NCBI GenBank assembly: GCA_945867235.1
Contig: CAMBHS010000003.1
Span: 1 to 46,583, forward strand
Reading direction: 5' to 3'
Origin: Akkermansia muciniphila
GTDB lineage: Bacteria > Verrucomicrobiota > Verrucomicrobiia > Limisphaerales > SXQI01
Length of the DNA stretch: 46,583 nucleotides
Position 1 is the first letter of the stretch, and each line of letters starts with the position of its first letter. Below are positions 1-10,225 of the stretch, in pieces. A program made the translations under genes and the position numbers. The notes beneath the pieces are model-generated. The model saw nothing but the letters and a program-made list of their open reading frames with translations, was not told the DNA's origin and searched no databases.

Positions 1-1
1 G

Positions 2-508
2 GTGGATGTTAAAACTGATCCAGATTTGACGTGGATTGCACTTCATCAGGTATTTACAAATTACACCGATATTTTGACCTGTTTCACCCCCACAGGTTCC
101 GTCAAACGCCTAGCAACCGTCGTGATCTCAGGAAATCGTTCCGTGGAAATAATGAACACGAACCTCACACGATTTGCAGCCTTCGATGGTCGATTGGTGG
201 ATTTGAAAAATAGATCCACTTTCTCGTCCGCTTTGATTCCTTTGGTCAGCGGTTCGTGGTCTGAATCTTTTAAGTGGAAGGGGCAAGGCACGCTTCCTGA
301 TGAGGAAAAAAAGGTGCTCAAGGAATGGGTTTCAAGGATCCACAATCAAGGGCGCACCTTGAGGTTTTGGGGAGCGCCGGATGGCCCGGATGCGTGGAAG
401 GAGTTTTTCGAAGCGGGCGTGGACTGGATCAATACAGATCATATCAAACCCTTAGCGGAATTCCTTAAATCTAAAGCCAAACCGGCTATAGAGCCGCGTA
501 AACCCTGA
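2..508 (+). CDS. PLC-like/glycerophosphodiester phosphodiesterase family protein, C-terminal part (truncated at window start)
   Basis: Open from the window edge. Ends with RFWGAPD...W...GVDWINTD, typical of the last strands of PI-PLC/GDPD TIM barrels. Confidence 0.65.
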   Translation: MDVKTDPDLTWIALHQVFTNYTDILTCFTPTGSVKRLATVVISGNRSVEIMNTNLTRFAAFDGRLVDLKNRSTFSSALIPLVSGSWSESFKWKGQGTLPDEEKKVLKEWVSRIHNQGRTLRFWGAPDGPDAWKEFFEAGVDWINTDHIKPLAEFLKSKAKPAIEPRKP

Positions 509-534
509 ATAGACCACCCGATTCCAATTCGGCA

Positions 535-1545
535 TTAGTTGCGATTTCCACCGACCGGACCGATATCCTTTGAAGACAACGCGGCTGCGGAGAGCACTTT
601 GCTAAAAGTAGTCGTGGTTACCGAGTAACTGAATCCTTCTGCGCTTCCAGCGGCACCATAACGCCCTTGCTTATCCACAGCGATAAAGTTGATGCTGAGA
701 TCGGCTCCCTTGGGGTCTTTGCGAGCAATGGCCTTCACCGTTTCCATACAGGCTTCTACGGGAGAGGCTCCACGTTGCATGAAACTGACGACCTGAAAGG
801 AACCGCAATACCTCATCACGTTTTCGCCCAAACCCGTGGCTCCCGCAGCACCGACGTCATCATCCACATACAGACCGCCACCGATGATGGGAGAGTCCCC
901 TACCCGACCATTGAGTTTATAAGCCCATCCGCTCGTCGAGCAACCGCCGTAAAAATGACCATCCGGAGCCAACAAAATTAAAGCAATAGTGTCGTGGTTT
1001 TTTGCAGCGTTCTTTTCTTGATTCGATTTCCACTTCAACCATTCCTGGCGCCGCGATTCAATGGGCATTTGAGCTGTTTCTAAACCTTCTTTTAACGCAA
1101 AAGCTTTTGCCCCTGTCCCAACCAACATGACATGCTTTGTCTTTTCCATGACCTTGCGGGCGGCGGAAATGGGGTGGCGGACTCCCTCGATCGCCGCGAC
1201 ACTCCCTGCCCTGTGACCCGGTCCGGACATGATACAAGCATCGAGTTGGACTACCCCTTCCGCATTGGGAATGCCTCCCGCACCGACGGAGCCATTTCCC
1301 AGATCATTTTCAGTAATCCAGATTCCTTTTTCAATGGCATCCAATCCGGAACCACCCATTGTCAGAATTCGCAATGCTTCGTCGTTACTGGCTTTACCAA
1401 AGGGCCACGTGGATACGATTACGGGTTCAACAACTTTAGGCATTTTTTTATTCTCCCCAATAGAAAGTTTTGAAGGGCCAACCGCAGCGGTTCCGACGGT
1501 GATGACAGTGGATTGCTTCAAAAAACTGCGCCGGTTGGTAAGCAT
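535..1545 (-). CDS. N(4)-(beta-N-acetylglucosaminyl)-L-asparaginase (glycosylasparaginase, Ntn hydrolase), Tat-exported
   Basis: Twin-arginine RRSFLK signal, LDACIM, HD|TIAL autocleavage site with nucleophile Thr, and GCSTSG and GRVGDSPIIGGG motifs. Confidence 0.88.
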   Translation of the reverse strand: MLTNRRSFLKQSTVITVGTAAVGPSKLSIGENKKMPKVVEPVIVSTWPFGKASNDEALRILTMGGSGLDAIEKGIWITENDLGNGSVGAGGIPNAEGVVQLDACIMSGPGHRAGSVAAIEGVRHPISAARKVMEKTKHVMLVGTGAKAFALKEGLETAQMPIESRRQEWLKWKSNQEKNAAKNHDTIALILLAPDGHFYGGCSTSGWAYKLNGRVGDSPIIGGGLYVDDDVGAAGATGLGENVMRYCGSFQVVSFMQRGASPVEACMETVKAIARKDPKGADLSINFIAVDKQGRYGAAGSAEGFSYSVTTTTFSKVLSAAALSSKDIGPVGGNRN

Positions 1546-1554
1546 AAAGTTTTC

Positions 1555-2733
1555 CTATTTATTGGTCTTTAACCCTATAGAACTGCTGCGTTTCGCGATC
1601 TTGCGGCTGGTCTTGATTTTGTCAACCGTTCCTGTCTTGAGATATTGGACACGAACTTTTTCCAAAATCTGATCACGTCGATCATACAGTCTCTTGAGTT
1701 TTCGTGGTTTGACTCGGCTAAGACAGTAAGCCGTGAGTAATGGCAGGGAGATCGTGGTATCGACGTAAGCCACCACACAATCAGGAAGGTTGTTCGGATC
1801 TATCTTGCCCCAACTCACCGCTTCAGCAGGGGTCGCACCGCTCAAGCCACCGGTGTCCGGTCGCGCATCGGTGCATTGCAAAAAGTAATCATGTCCCTTT
1901 TCCTTAATCCCCATGACTTCCTGAATTTGCGGTTCTGTTTGGAGCATAAAATTTTTTGGAGACCCACCCCCAAGAATGAATACAGAGGATTTATGCCCCG
2001 TAGATTTCGCATCGTAAACAATTCCTGCCGTCTGATTCACATCGCGGTTCACATCTGGCAGAAGATTGGAACCCCGCAACGCCATCGCGGCGACATTCAT
2101 GCCGATGGAACTATCCCCGGGACTGCTCGTGAAGATCGGGATCCCAGTTTCGTAGGCCACTGCCAGAACTGAGGAATCCTTTAGTCCAAGCTTACGTCCC
2201 CGCTCGGCAACATATTTGCCGAGGAGGTAATGAAATTCATCCGTTCCCATCGTTTTTTGGAACTCCGATCCTTGGATCACTTCACGGACGAATGCGTCGG
2301 TGTCGAGAAGCACATTGTAATCGAACAACACATCGTAAATTCGGATGACCCCATCCTTGTGCAAATCCACATCGTTTAAAAATGGGGATCCCGCGTAGAG
2401 AACCATATCAAGCCCGTAGTGCAAATCATGATAGAGATTGGCTCCGGTGGAAACGATCCAGTCGACAAACCCAGCTTTCATAAGCGGGATAAGGCAGGAC
2501 TTACCCAATCCTGCAGGAGTTAAAGCTCCGGTCAGGCTCATCCCAATAAATCCGTCATCGGGCAGCATTTTTTTGACGAGCAAATGAGCTGCCTCACGAA
2601 GACGGCCGCCATTATAAGCCATGAAGGCTTGATCAATCAGATCAGCAGCGGAAATGTTCTTCCCGATTCCAAATGGATTAAGTCTGGGGTAAGCGGCAAA
2701 TTTGCCAGCCAACTTCGCGTTTTTACTCATCAC
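1555..2733 (-). CDS. Deoxyhypusine synthase-like protein (bacterial DHS; possible homospermidine synthase)
   Basis: [29 protein letters not shown] and [18 protein letters not shown] (catalytic Lys present). Confidence 0.9.
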   Translation of the reverse strand: MMSKNAKLAGKFAAYPRLNPFGIGKNISAADLIDQAFMAYNGGRLREAAHLLVKKMLPDDGFIGMSLTGALTPAGLGKSCLIPLMKAGFVDWIVSTGANLYHDLHYGLDMVLYAGSPFLNDVDLHKDGVIRIYDVLFDYNVLLDTDAFVREVIQGSEFQKTMGTDEFHYLLGKYVAERGRKLGLKDSSVLAVAYETGIPIFTSSPGDSSIGMNVAAMALRGSNLLPDVNRDVNQTAGIVYDAKSTGHKSSVFILGGGSPKNFMLQTEPQIQEVMGIKEKGHDYFLQCTDARPDTGGLSGATPAEAVSWGKIDPNNLPDCVVAYVDTTISLPLLTAYCLSRVKPRKLKRLYDRRDQILEKVRVQYLKTGTVDKIKTSRKIAKRSSSIGLKTNK

Positions 2734-2811
2734 GATTTATCTTGGTGAAATCGTTGAATGCCGCAATCTGTTTTTGCAGCTTTGCAAGAGATCGCGGATC
2801 AATTGGGTGGA

Positions 2812-3912
2812 TCAAATCCCTTCAGCAATCGTCGGAGGCATCTGGTAAGTATACGCTACTTCCGAACTGAGCGGTCCGCTTTGACTCGCCAATACACGGT
2901 ACTTCCGGATTTGCAATGACACCTCTTTACCATCATCCAGTCCAAGTTGGGAGTATTCCTCTTTCGTCATGCGAGTGCGAATCACCAATCCAGAGTTCAT
3001 TTCCAATTCGAGCCGCAACATAATCCCAAGGAAAAAAGTGTGCTTGATAACGGCGCGATACCGGTAGCAAGCGAGGTCGGTGGAGACTTGCACATCATAA
3101 GGCCGGAACCCGATCCGAGCGGGACCATCAAGAGCGCTAGAGGTCGGAAATTCCATTTCTCCCACACGCGCGATCCCTGAGGTGACATTAGCCTCTAGGA
3201 CATTCATCACACCGATGAACCGAGCGACATATTCATTGGAGGGTTGTTCATAGACTTCGCGAGGAGTGCCAATCTGTTCGAGGGTTCCTTTTGCAATGAT
3301 GACAATTCGGTCAGCCACCTCCATCGCCTCCTCCTGGTCGTGAGTCACGAATAAAGTTGTGACGTTCAAGTCGTGATGTAAGCGCACCAACCACTCGCGA
3401 AGTTCCTGCCTGATTTTTGCGTCCACAGCCCCAAACGGTTCGTCCAAAAGCAGAACGCTGGGCTTGGATGCTAGGGCTCGGGCAATCGCCACGCGTTGCC
3501 GTTGTCCGCCTGAAAGCTGGTGAGGGTAACGTTTTTCAAGACCATTTAATTCCAGGAGATTCATGAGCTCAGCCACCCTGAAATCGATATCACTCTTCGC
3601 CCATTTTTTGATCTTGAGTCCGAAAGCGATATTCTTGAAAACCGTCATGGTCTTGAATAAGGCATAACTTTGAAACACGAACCCAATATTGCGATGACGC
3701 ACGGAGACGTCATTGACCCTTTGGTTCTGGATAAAAATGTCACCACTGGAAGGCATTTCAAGGCCGGCAATCATCCTTAGGACGGTGGTTTTACCGCCGC
3801 CGCTAGGACCCAGCAACGCCACCAGTTCTCCATGCCCGATGGAGAAACTCACGCCCCTCACCGCGATAACGGCACCAAATTGTTTTGCAACATTTCTAAG
3901 TTCGATACTCAT
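2812..3912 (-). CDS. cysA: Sulfate/thiosulfate ABC transporter ATP-binding protein
   Basis: Walker A GPSGGGKT, signature LSGGQ, Walker B LLLDEPFGAVD, C-terminal TOBE-like region; follows cysW. Confidence 0.93.
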   Translation of the reverse strand: MSIELRNVAKQFGAVIAVRGVSFSIGHGELVALLGPSGGGKTTVLRMIAGLEMPSSGDIFIQNQRVNDVSVRHRNIGFVFQSYALFKTMTVFKNIAFGLKIKKWAKSDIDFRVAELMNLLELNGLEKRYPHQLSGGQRQRVAIARALASKPSVLLLDEPFGAVDAKIRQELREWLVRLHHDLNVTTLFVTHDQEEAMEVADRIVIIAKGTLEQIGTPREVYEQPSNEYVARFIGVMNVLEANVTSGIARVGEMEFPTSSALDGPARIGFRPYDVQVSTDLACYRYRAVIKHTFFLGIMLRLELEMNSGLVIRTRMTKEEYSQLGLDDGKEVSLQIRKYRVLASQSGPLSSEVAYTYQMPPTIAEGI

Positions 3913-3950
3913 GTGAATGATTCACCCCATCAGGCTCATGTCAAATTTAC

Positions 3951-4859
3951 TTATGCCGAATTTGATTCGGAACGTTGAGCTAAGGCATACGCGCGCTCCG
4001 TTCGCCATTCCAAATAACTTTTGATCACCAAGGTCAATAATGCGAGAAGAGCTAACAAGCTGGCGACGGCAAAGGAGGCAACTCCTGCCGCAGAGGTCGC
4101 ACTATGAAACAGCTTGTCCACGCGCAATGGAATCGTTTCCGTTTGTCCTGCGATCGCACCTGACACGACGGAGACGGCGCCGAATTCACCCATAGCACGT
4201 GCATTACAAAGAATGATTCCATAAATCAGACCCCATTTTGAGGATGGCAAGGTCACATACCAAAAGGTCTGCCACCCGTTAGCACCCAAAGTTAACGCCG
4301 CTTGTTCCTGGTCAGTGCCATTAGCCTGCATGAGAGGAATCAACTCACGAGCCACAAACGGAACTGTAACGAAGGTGGTTGCCAACAACATCCCCGGAAG
4401 AGCGAAGATAATATGAATGTCGTGTGCATCCAACCAATTCCCTAAGAAACCTTGTCGCCCAAACCAAACTACGAACACCAAACCCGCCACCACAGGGGAG
4501 ACGGCAAAAGGAAGATCAATCAACGTGATCAATAATGCTTTTCCACGAAACTCAAATTTCGCCACAGCCCATGCAGCAGCCATACCGAAGAACGCATTCA
4601 TGGGGACAGCAATCAACGTGATCACTAGGGTTAGTTGAATGGCAGATAAGGTGTCAGGCTCGCGTAACGATTCAAAATAGAAACCAATACCATTGTGAAA
4701 CGCTTGATAAAAAACGTTAATCAATGGAAGAACAAGGAATACACCGACAAATCCGAGGGCGATGCAAATCAGAAGCCACTTGATAAATGGGGTCTCTTCA
4801 CTACCTCGCTGTGATTTAGCTGTGTCTCCTCGTAGAGGTCTAGTGGTTAACCCAGCCAT
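3951..4859 (-). CDS. cysW: Sulfate ABC transporter permease
   Basis: [21 protein letters not shown] (EAA loop), [15 protein letters not shown]. Confidence 0.93.
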   Translation of the reverse strand: MAGLTTRPLRGDTAKSQRGSEETPFIKWLLICIALGFVGVFLVLPLINVFYQAFHNGIGFYFESLREPDTLSAIQLTLVITLIAVPMNAFFGMAAAWAVAKFEFRGKALLITLIDLPFAVSPVVAGLVFVVWFGRQGFLGNWLDAHDIHIIFALPGMLLATTFVTVPFVARELIPLMQANGTDQEQAALTLGANGWQTFWYVTLPSSKWGLIYGIILCNARAMGEFGAVSVVSGAIAGQTETIPLRVDKLFHSATSAAGVASFAVASLLALLALLTLVIKSYLEWRTERAYALAQRSESNSA

Positions 4860-4924
4860 AGGAACTGCGATGAACTGACGGTTGATTGATGGAGGCTATT
4901 AGGAATGAATTAGACATCAAAGGA

Positions 4925-5746
4925 TTATCGGTGAAAGTGGCTGACCCAGCGTTCTAATAGATTGATTGCTGCGAGCAAAAGGATGGAGATCACCAGAAGA
5001 ACAACCGCAATGCTCATCGCGGCCGAGTATTCGAATTGTTCGAGCAACGATACAATTAGCAAGGGAGCAATCTCAGTTTTATACTGCATGTTGCTCGAAA
5101 TAAAAATCACGGATCCATATTCTCCAAGAGCGCGAGCGAATGAGAGCACAAACCCCGTGAGAACAGCGGGCAACAAACTCGGAGCAACGACACTTATAAA
5201 AGTTCTGAATCGGCTTGCTCCCAAAGTTGCCGCTGCCTCCTCCACTTCGCGTTCCATTTGCTCAAGAACTGGTTGCAATGTGCGCACCACGAACGGCAGG
5301 CTCACAAAGATTAAAGCTAATACGACTGCGAGTTGACTGTAGGCTCCTTTGATTCCTAACGGCACAAGAAACTGTCCGAGCCACCCATTTGGACTGAATA
5401 AATTGGCCAATGTCAATCCAGCCACCGCTGTGGGAAGGGCGAAAGGAATATCGACTAGGGCATCCACGAAACGCTTACCTGGAAATGAATAACGAACTAA
5501 AACCCAAGCCAGCAGCGTGCCGAAGATTGCGTTCACAAAAGCCGCTAAGAATGACGCTCCAAAACTGAGGCGGTAGGCGGCCAATGCACGAGGGGTGGTC
5601 GCGTGAGCCCAAAAATCTCCCCAGCTTAATTGGAAGACTTTGAAAATCATTCCACCTATGGGCAATAGAACGAGCACGCCGAGGTAGAACAGCGTGAAAC
5701 CCATGGTGCGCCGAAACCCCGGCATGGCGTTAAAATGTTGCGACAT
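4925..5746 (-). CDS. cysT: Sulfate ABC transporter permease
   Basis: DIPFALPTAVAG, EEAAATLGA, ARALGEYGSVIFI. Confidence 0.93.
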   Translation of the reverse strand: MSQHFNAMPGFRRTMGFTLFYLGVLVLLPIGGMIFKVFQLSWGDFWAHATTPRALAAYRLSFGASFLAAFVNAIFGTLLAWVLVRYSFPGKRFVDALVDIPFALPTAVAGLTLANLFSPNGWLGQFLVPLGIKGAYSQLAVVLALIFVSLPFVVRTLQPVLEQMEREVEEAAATLGASRFRTFISVVAPSLLPAVLTGFVLSFARALGEYGSVIFISSNMQYKTEIAPLLIVSLLEQFEYSAAMSIAVVLLVISILLLAAINLLERWVSHFHR

Positions 5747-5907
5747 CTTTATTGGATTGGACGCTACTCAATATTTCCTCGGGGTCGCAAGTCTCGCCCA
5801 CCTAGGCACTCCTCACGAACCAAAATTGTTTTAACTGTTCTTCATCATGACAATCATCGTCTCATCGACATCGACCTCCTGAATTGTTTCTCCTCGAAAT
5901 TTCCTGC

Positions 5908-6996
5908 CTAACGACCGGCTGCGGCGGCCGTAATTTGGTCGAATAAACCGCTTTCTTTAAAATGCCGTTGGTGCGCCTGCGTCCATCCGCCAAACATTTC
6001 CTCCACCGTGAATAATTTCATATCGGGAAATTTGATTTTGTTTTTTAAAATAATTGGCTGCGAACGAGGTCGGAAATAATGCTTCGCACAAAGTTCCTGA
6101 CCTATTTCTGAATACAAAAATGTCAGATAAGCTTCTGCGACTTCCTTGTTTCCTTTTTTAGTGGCAATCCGATCCACCACCGCCACCGGAGGTTCTGCGA
6201 GAATGCTCCACTCGGGTCGAATCAATTCAAATTTGTTGGTGCCATTTTCCGCCATAATCAGGAGAGCTTCACTTTCCCATGCCATGAGGACATCCCCCAT
6301 TAAGCGTTTTACAAAAGTAGTCGTGGCTCCTCGTGCTCCGGAGTCGAAAACGGGAATATTCTTTAGAAATTGTTCCAGATATTTTTGCGCCTCTTGTTCA
6401 TTCCCCGGGTTTCGCTTCAGTACCGCACCGTAGGCTGCCAAGTAATTCCACCTTGCCCCCCCCGAGGTCTTGGGATTGGCCATGATGATTTCGGTGCCAT
6501 CTTTTACCAAATCGATCCAATCATGGATTTTCTTTGGGTTACCGGCACGAACAAGAAACACGATCGTTGAAGTATAGGGAGCACTTTTATTAGGAAAATG
6601 CTGCTGCCAATCGCTTGGGAGCATTTTACCCTGCTTGGCGATGACATCGATATCGTAACCTAGCGCGAGAGTGACAACGTCGGCATCCAATCCCTCGATC
6701 ACCGCGCGAGCCTGTTTCCCTGACCCCCCGTGGGATTGGGCAATTTTCACAACATTCCCCGTCTTATCCTTCCAATTTTTTGCAAAAGCAGCATTAAAAT
6801 CGACGTAAAACTCCCGGGTAGGATCATAGGAGACGTTGAGTAACCGAATGGTATCGGCCATCGTTCCCGACATTTCCGAGAAGAATGCTAGGAAAAAAAC
6901 CACCCAAACAAGCCAACGACTCCCACCCAACCTCGGGTTTTCCCCAAGGCGTTGGGGCTTGCAGGAGAACTTGATGATGTTATCCAATGCATCCAT
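5908..6996 (-). CDS. sbp: Sulfate ABC transporter substrate-binding protein (start codon uncertain)
   Basis: LLNVSYDPTRE, QSHGGSGKQARAV, NPKTSGGARW, DSGARGATTTF; hydrophobic signal-like segment. Confidence 0.93.
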   Translation of the reverse strand: MDALDNIIKFSCKPQRLGENPRLGGSRWLVWVVFFLAFFSEMSGTMADTIRLLNVSYDPTREFYVDFNAAFAKNWKDKTGNVVKIAQSHGGSGKQARAVIEGLDADVVTLALGYDIDVIAKQGKMLPSDWQQHFPNKSAPYTSTIVFLVRAGNPKKIHDWIDLVKDGTEIIMANPKTSGGARWNYLAAYGAVLKRNPGNEQEAQKYLEQFLKNIPVFDSGARGATTTFVKRLMGDVLMAWESEALLIMAENGTNKFELIRPEWSILAEPPVAVVDRIATKKGNKEVAEAYLTFLYSEIGQELCAKHYFRPRSQPIILKNKIKFPDMKLFTVEEMFGGWTQAHQRHFKESGLFDQITAAAAGR

Positions 6997-7112
6997 GGAT
7001 TCAATTGTTCGGCTATGAAGCGTTGGCTTCGTTATTAATTAACAACTATGAGAAAACCTGAATAAATTCGCCAAAAAACCGAGTTAATCCACGAAAAACT
7101 GCTTATCTTAAG

Positions 7113-7137
7113 TAACTCGACTAAATTACTATGGTAT
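7113..7137. promoter_or_regulatory. Candidate Rrf2-family (IscR type-1/CymR-like) operator
   Basis: TAACTCGACTAAATTACTATGGTAT matches 20 of 25 positions of the IscR type-1 consensus ATASYYGACTRWWWYAGTCRRSTAT (manual alignment). It overlaps the -10 box and predicted start site. Confidence 0.5.
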
Positions 7138-7159
7138 TCATATAAACTTTGCTCGTCAA
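7131..7159 (-). promoter_or_regulatory. Sigma70-type promoter of the sulfate ABC operon
   Basis: Minus strand TTGACG (7159-7154), 17-bp spacer, TACCAT (7136-7131) in an AT-rich intergenic region. Confidence 0.65.
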
Positions 7160-7275
7160 AGGAAAACCAACAGCGTTAAGGGGTGCAAGGGCGCGAACTG
7201 CATTTCTATTTTTTATTGGGAGCCCTTGAATATTCGTTAGTTTATCGACATCTTTCCTGAATCCATTTTGCAGCC

Positions 7276-10197
7276 ATGAACTTATTCTCTCCACTGCACC
7301 TATTAATTTTATCAGCCACGTGCCTTTTTGCCGAGTCTGTGCAAGTCCTGACTACAAACGAATTACCTCGATTAGCCGCGACGGAGCCGGTCGCCTCTTT
7401 ACAAAAATTTAGCACCAAGGAGGGGTTTCGAATTGATTTAGTTGCTGCGGAACCACTCGTTGTCGATCCCGTCGCGTTTTGTTTTGATGAATTCGGGCGA
7501 CTTTTTGTCGTTGAAATGCGCGATTACTCAGAGCATCGATCTGAAAATCTCGGACGTATCCGTTTATTAGAGGATACTGATGCGGACGGAGTTTTTGATA
7601 AATCATCCGTTTACGCAAAAAATTTGACTTGGCCAACGGGCATTATCTGTTCCGCAGGCGGGGTCTACGTATTAACAACCCCCGATTTACTCTACCTTAA
7701 GGATACGGATGGCGATGGGTTGGCAGACGTGCGTGAGGTGGCATTAACCGGCTTCGGGTTGGGTCAGGAAAAACTTAATGTCCAATCGCTTCCCAACAGT
7801 TTGTCATGGGGACCGGATAATCGCATCCACGGGGCTTCGGGTGGGGCGGGAGGAATCCTTCGAAACCCCAAGCTTTCCAACGCACCCACTTTGGATGTGC
7901 GCAGCCGAGATTTTTCATTTAACCCAGCAACCCGCGAGGTTCGGGCTGAAACGGGTGGCGGACAATATGGGATCGCGTTTGATAATTGGGGGCGTAAATT
8001 TGTTTGTTCGAATTCGAGCCATGCACGGACAGTGCTTTATGAGGATGCCTATTCGAATCGAAGTGCGATAAGCGCGTTGGCATCAGCCGCAATCGATATT
8101 GCAGTTGAAGGTCCTGCAGCCGAAATCTATCGAATCAGCCCCGATGAAAGATGGCGGGTGATTCGCACCCAATGGCGCCTCGATGGAGTTTTTCCGGGAT
8201 TGCTCGAAGGCGGGGGACGAGTTTCTGGTTATTTTTCAGGAGCGACTGGGCTCACCATTTTTCGAGGAGATGCTTGGGGATCTGGATTTGTGGGGGATTT
8301 ATTTGTGGCTGATTGCGGTGCCAATATTATCCATCACAAAACCCTGACACGCACGAATGGTTTGCCCTCAGCCTCACGCCCTGCTGATGAGCAGAAACGC
8401 GAGTTTATCGCCTCTCGCGACAACTGGTTTCGACCTGTGCAACTGGGTAACGGTCCTGATGGCAATCTTTATGTGGCCGACATGTATCGCGAAGTGATCG
8501 AACATCCGTGGAGCCTCCCCGAGCCGATCAAAAAACTAGTGGATTTAGACAGTGGCAATGATCGCGGGCGAATGTATCGGATTGTTCAAAAGGATTACGC
8601 TTATCATCCGCCGGTTTTTCCCGGTCGTGTGACCTCATCGGAACTCTTTGATCTGTTAGATCATCCTAATGGATGGCACCGAGACACGGCATCTAGGCTC
8701 ATCCTAGAAAAAAAACCGCAAGATACAGAAACCGGACTTCATCAGTTCTTAAAACGAGCCGCCACGCCTTGGGGAAAGATTCACGCCTTAAACCTCTTGG
8801 TAACCTTGGGAATTCTCCACCCGCAAGAAATCAGCACTGCCATTCAAGACACTCATCCGGCTGTGCGTGTACACGGGATTCGAGTCTCCGAGTCGATTTT
8901 ACGAAGTAAGAATCCAACGCTCAAGCTGATGGAAGAATTGACGGCATTAGCAATCGACAAGGAACCCGAAGTTCGCATTCAACTCGCACATACGGCCTCC
9001 TATTTTCCCTCTCACGAGGCCGAGCAAATTCTAGCCCGATTATTCGCGCAGGAAAAAGGCAACAACTGGCTGCTCAATGCGATTATCATGTCGGCTCACC
9101 ATTGTGCCGACCGACTTTTGGAGACCAGTTTACTAACTCCTTTTTGGAATGAGGGGGATCTCCAATTTGCAACCCATCTCGCACAAATAGTATCCGCTCA
9201 AGCCACAGCCGATCACCTGATAAAATTGATTCAAAAGTTTCCTGCAACCCTACCCTCCAACCATGCCTTGGCATTAACCAAATCGCTTTTAGGCAATCGC
9301 TCCATCGCTCAAGGAAGATCAATTCTGGAGAAGACAACTCTCCTATCAACCTCAAAATCCAAAGCGATGACGCGTTCGGCGTCAACATCGGAACGAGCCA
9401 TCGCCATCCAACTATTGGCTTTTCAAGATTGGGGCAGCCTGCAACCCATATTCAGTGATTTGCTCGCCGAACCCCTTCCGACAGCCTGTTTGAAGGCAGC
9501 GATCTTGACGCTTCACCAGATCGACCAACCTTTTTCTCTCCAATTGATTCTCACAAACCTTGCCCAGTTCGACACCCCGAATCGCACCGTTGCGATCGAC
9601 CCCTTTCTGCGACGACCCGAAAAATTTGCTTTGCTCGATGCCCTGCTGCAAACCAATAGTCCTTCAGAATCATTCACGGTCACCGAGCTTTCATTGATCT
9701 CCGATGCTCGCAGGCGTTTTGGAGCGAAACAGAAGCAAACCACTCCGGATGACAGGTCTGCGATTTACAATCAATACGCGACCGCGCTCAACCTGAAAGG
9801 AGATTCCTTGAAAGGTCGCCAAATTTTTGAGGAACGATGTGCCGTTTGCCATCGTTTCAAAGGCATCGGATCCGCAGTCGGCACCGATCTTTCCGGAGTG
9901 AAATCGAATCCTAGGGAAGTTATTCTCAATAATATCGTCGATCCAAATCGGGAAATTGCAGCGCGTTATCAAACCGTGGAGGCAACGATGAAGGATGGGG
10001 AAATCTTGCAAGGACTGATCGTTGCCGAAACTGAAAAAACTCTCACTCTGCGAATGCCGGGGGGCTTGGATTCCACGGTGCAACGCGCTGATATCAAAGG
10101 GATACAGATTCGTCCCGAATCCCTAATGCCGAGTGGACTCGAATCCGGACTGGATCTTTCCGCAATGGCCAGTCTTATCGAGTTCATCACCAACTGA
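7276..10197 (+). CDS. PVC-type membrane-bound dehydrogenase-like protein with C-terminal c-type heme domain
   Basis: Signal peptide, AAEPLVVDPVAFCFDEFGR and FRPVQLGNGPDGNLYVADMYR propeller motifs, HEAT-like middle region, CAVCH heme motif, GxDLS and SLMPSGL. Confidence 0.85.
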   Translation: MNLFSPLHLLILSATCLFAESVQVLTTNELPRLAATEPVASLQKFSTKEGFRIDLVAAEPLVVDPVAFCFDEFGRLFVVEMRDYSEHRSENLGRIRLLEDTDADGVFDKSSVYAKNLTWPTGIICSAGGVYVLTTPDLLYLKDTDGDGLADVREVALTGFGLGQEKLNVQSLPNSLSWGPDNRIHGASGGAGGILRNPKLSNAPTLDVRSRDFSFNPATREVRAETGGGQYGIAFDNWGRKFVCSNSSHARTVLYEDAYSNRSAISALASAAIDIAVEGPAAEIYRISPDERWRVIRTQWRLDGVFPGLLEGGGRVSGYFSGATGLTIFRGDAWGSGFVGDLFVADCGANIIHHKTLTRTNGLPSASRPADEQKREFIASRDNWFRPVQLGNGPDGNLYVADMYREVIEHPWSLPEPIKKLVDLDSGNDRGRMYRIVQKDYAYHPPVFPGRVTSSELFDLLDHPNGWHRDTASRLILEKKPQDTETGLHQFLKRAATPWGKIHALNLLVTLGILHPQEISTAIQDTHPAVRVHGIRVSESILRSKNPTLKLMEELTALAIDKEPEVRIQLAHTASYFPSHEAEQILARLFAQEKGNNWLLNAIIMSAHHCADRLLETSLLTPFWNEGDLQFATHLAQIVSAQATADHLIKLIQKFPATLPSNHALALTKSLLGNRSIAQGRSILEKTTLLSTSKSKAMTRSASTSERAIAIQLLAFQDWGSLQPIFSDLLAEPLPTACLKAAILTLHQIDQPFSLQLILTNLAQFDTPNRTVAIDPFLRRPEKFALLDALLQTNSPSESFTVTELSLISDARRRFGAKQKQTTPDDRSAIYNQYATALNLKGDSLKGRQIFEERCAVCHRFKGIGSAVGTDLSGVKSNPREVILNNIVDPNREIAARYQTVEATMKDGEILQGLIVAETEKTLTLRMPGGLDSTVQRADIKGIQIRPESLMPSGLESGLDLSAMASLIEFITN

Positions 10198-10225
10198 CGC
10201 CTTTATTTAAGAAGGCCATCAGGCT

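Noticed and set aside
6997-7130. SAM riboswitch ahead of the sulfate operon
   Set aside because: No SAM-I/II/IV core motifs are seen and the leader is too AT-rich.
1555-10197. SGAT motifs in the DHS (LSGAT) and the CxxCH protein (FSGAT) as ApbE flavinylation sites
   Set aside because: Both lie in conserved family motifs, lack the upstream Asp context and are not in FMN-binding domains.
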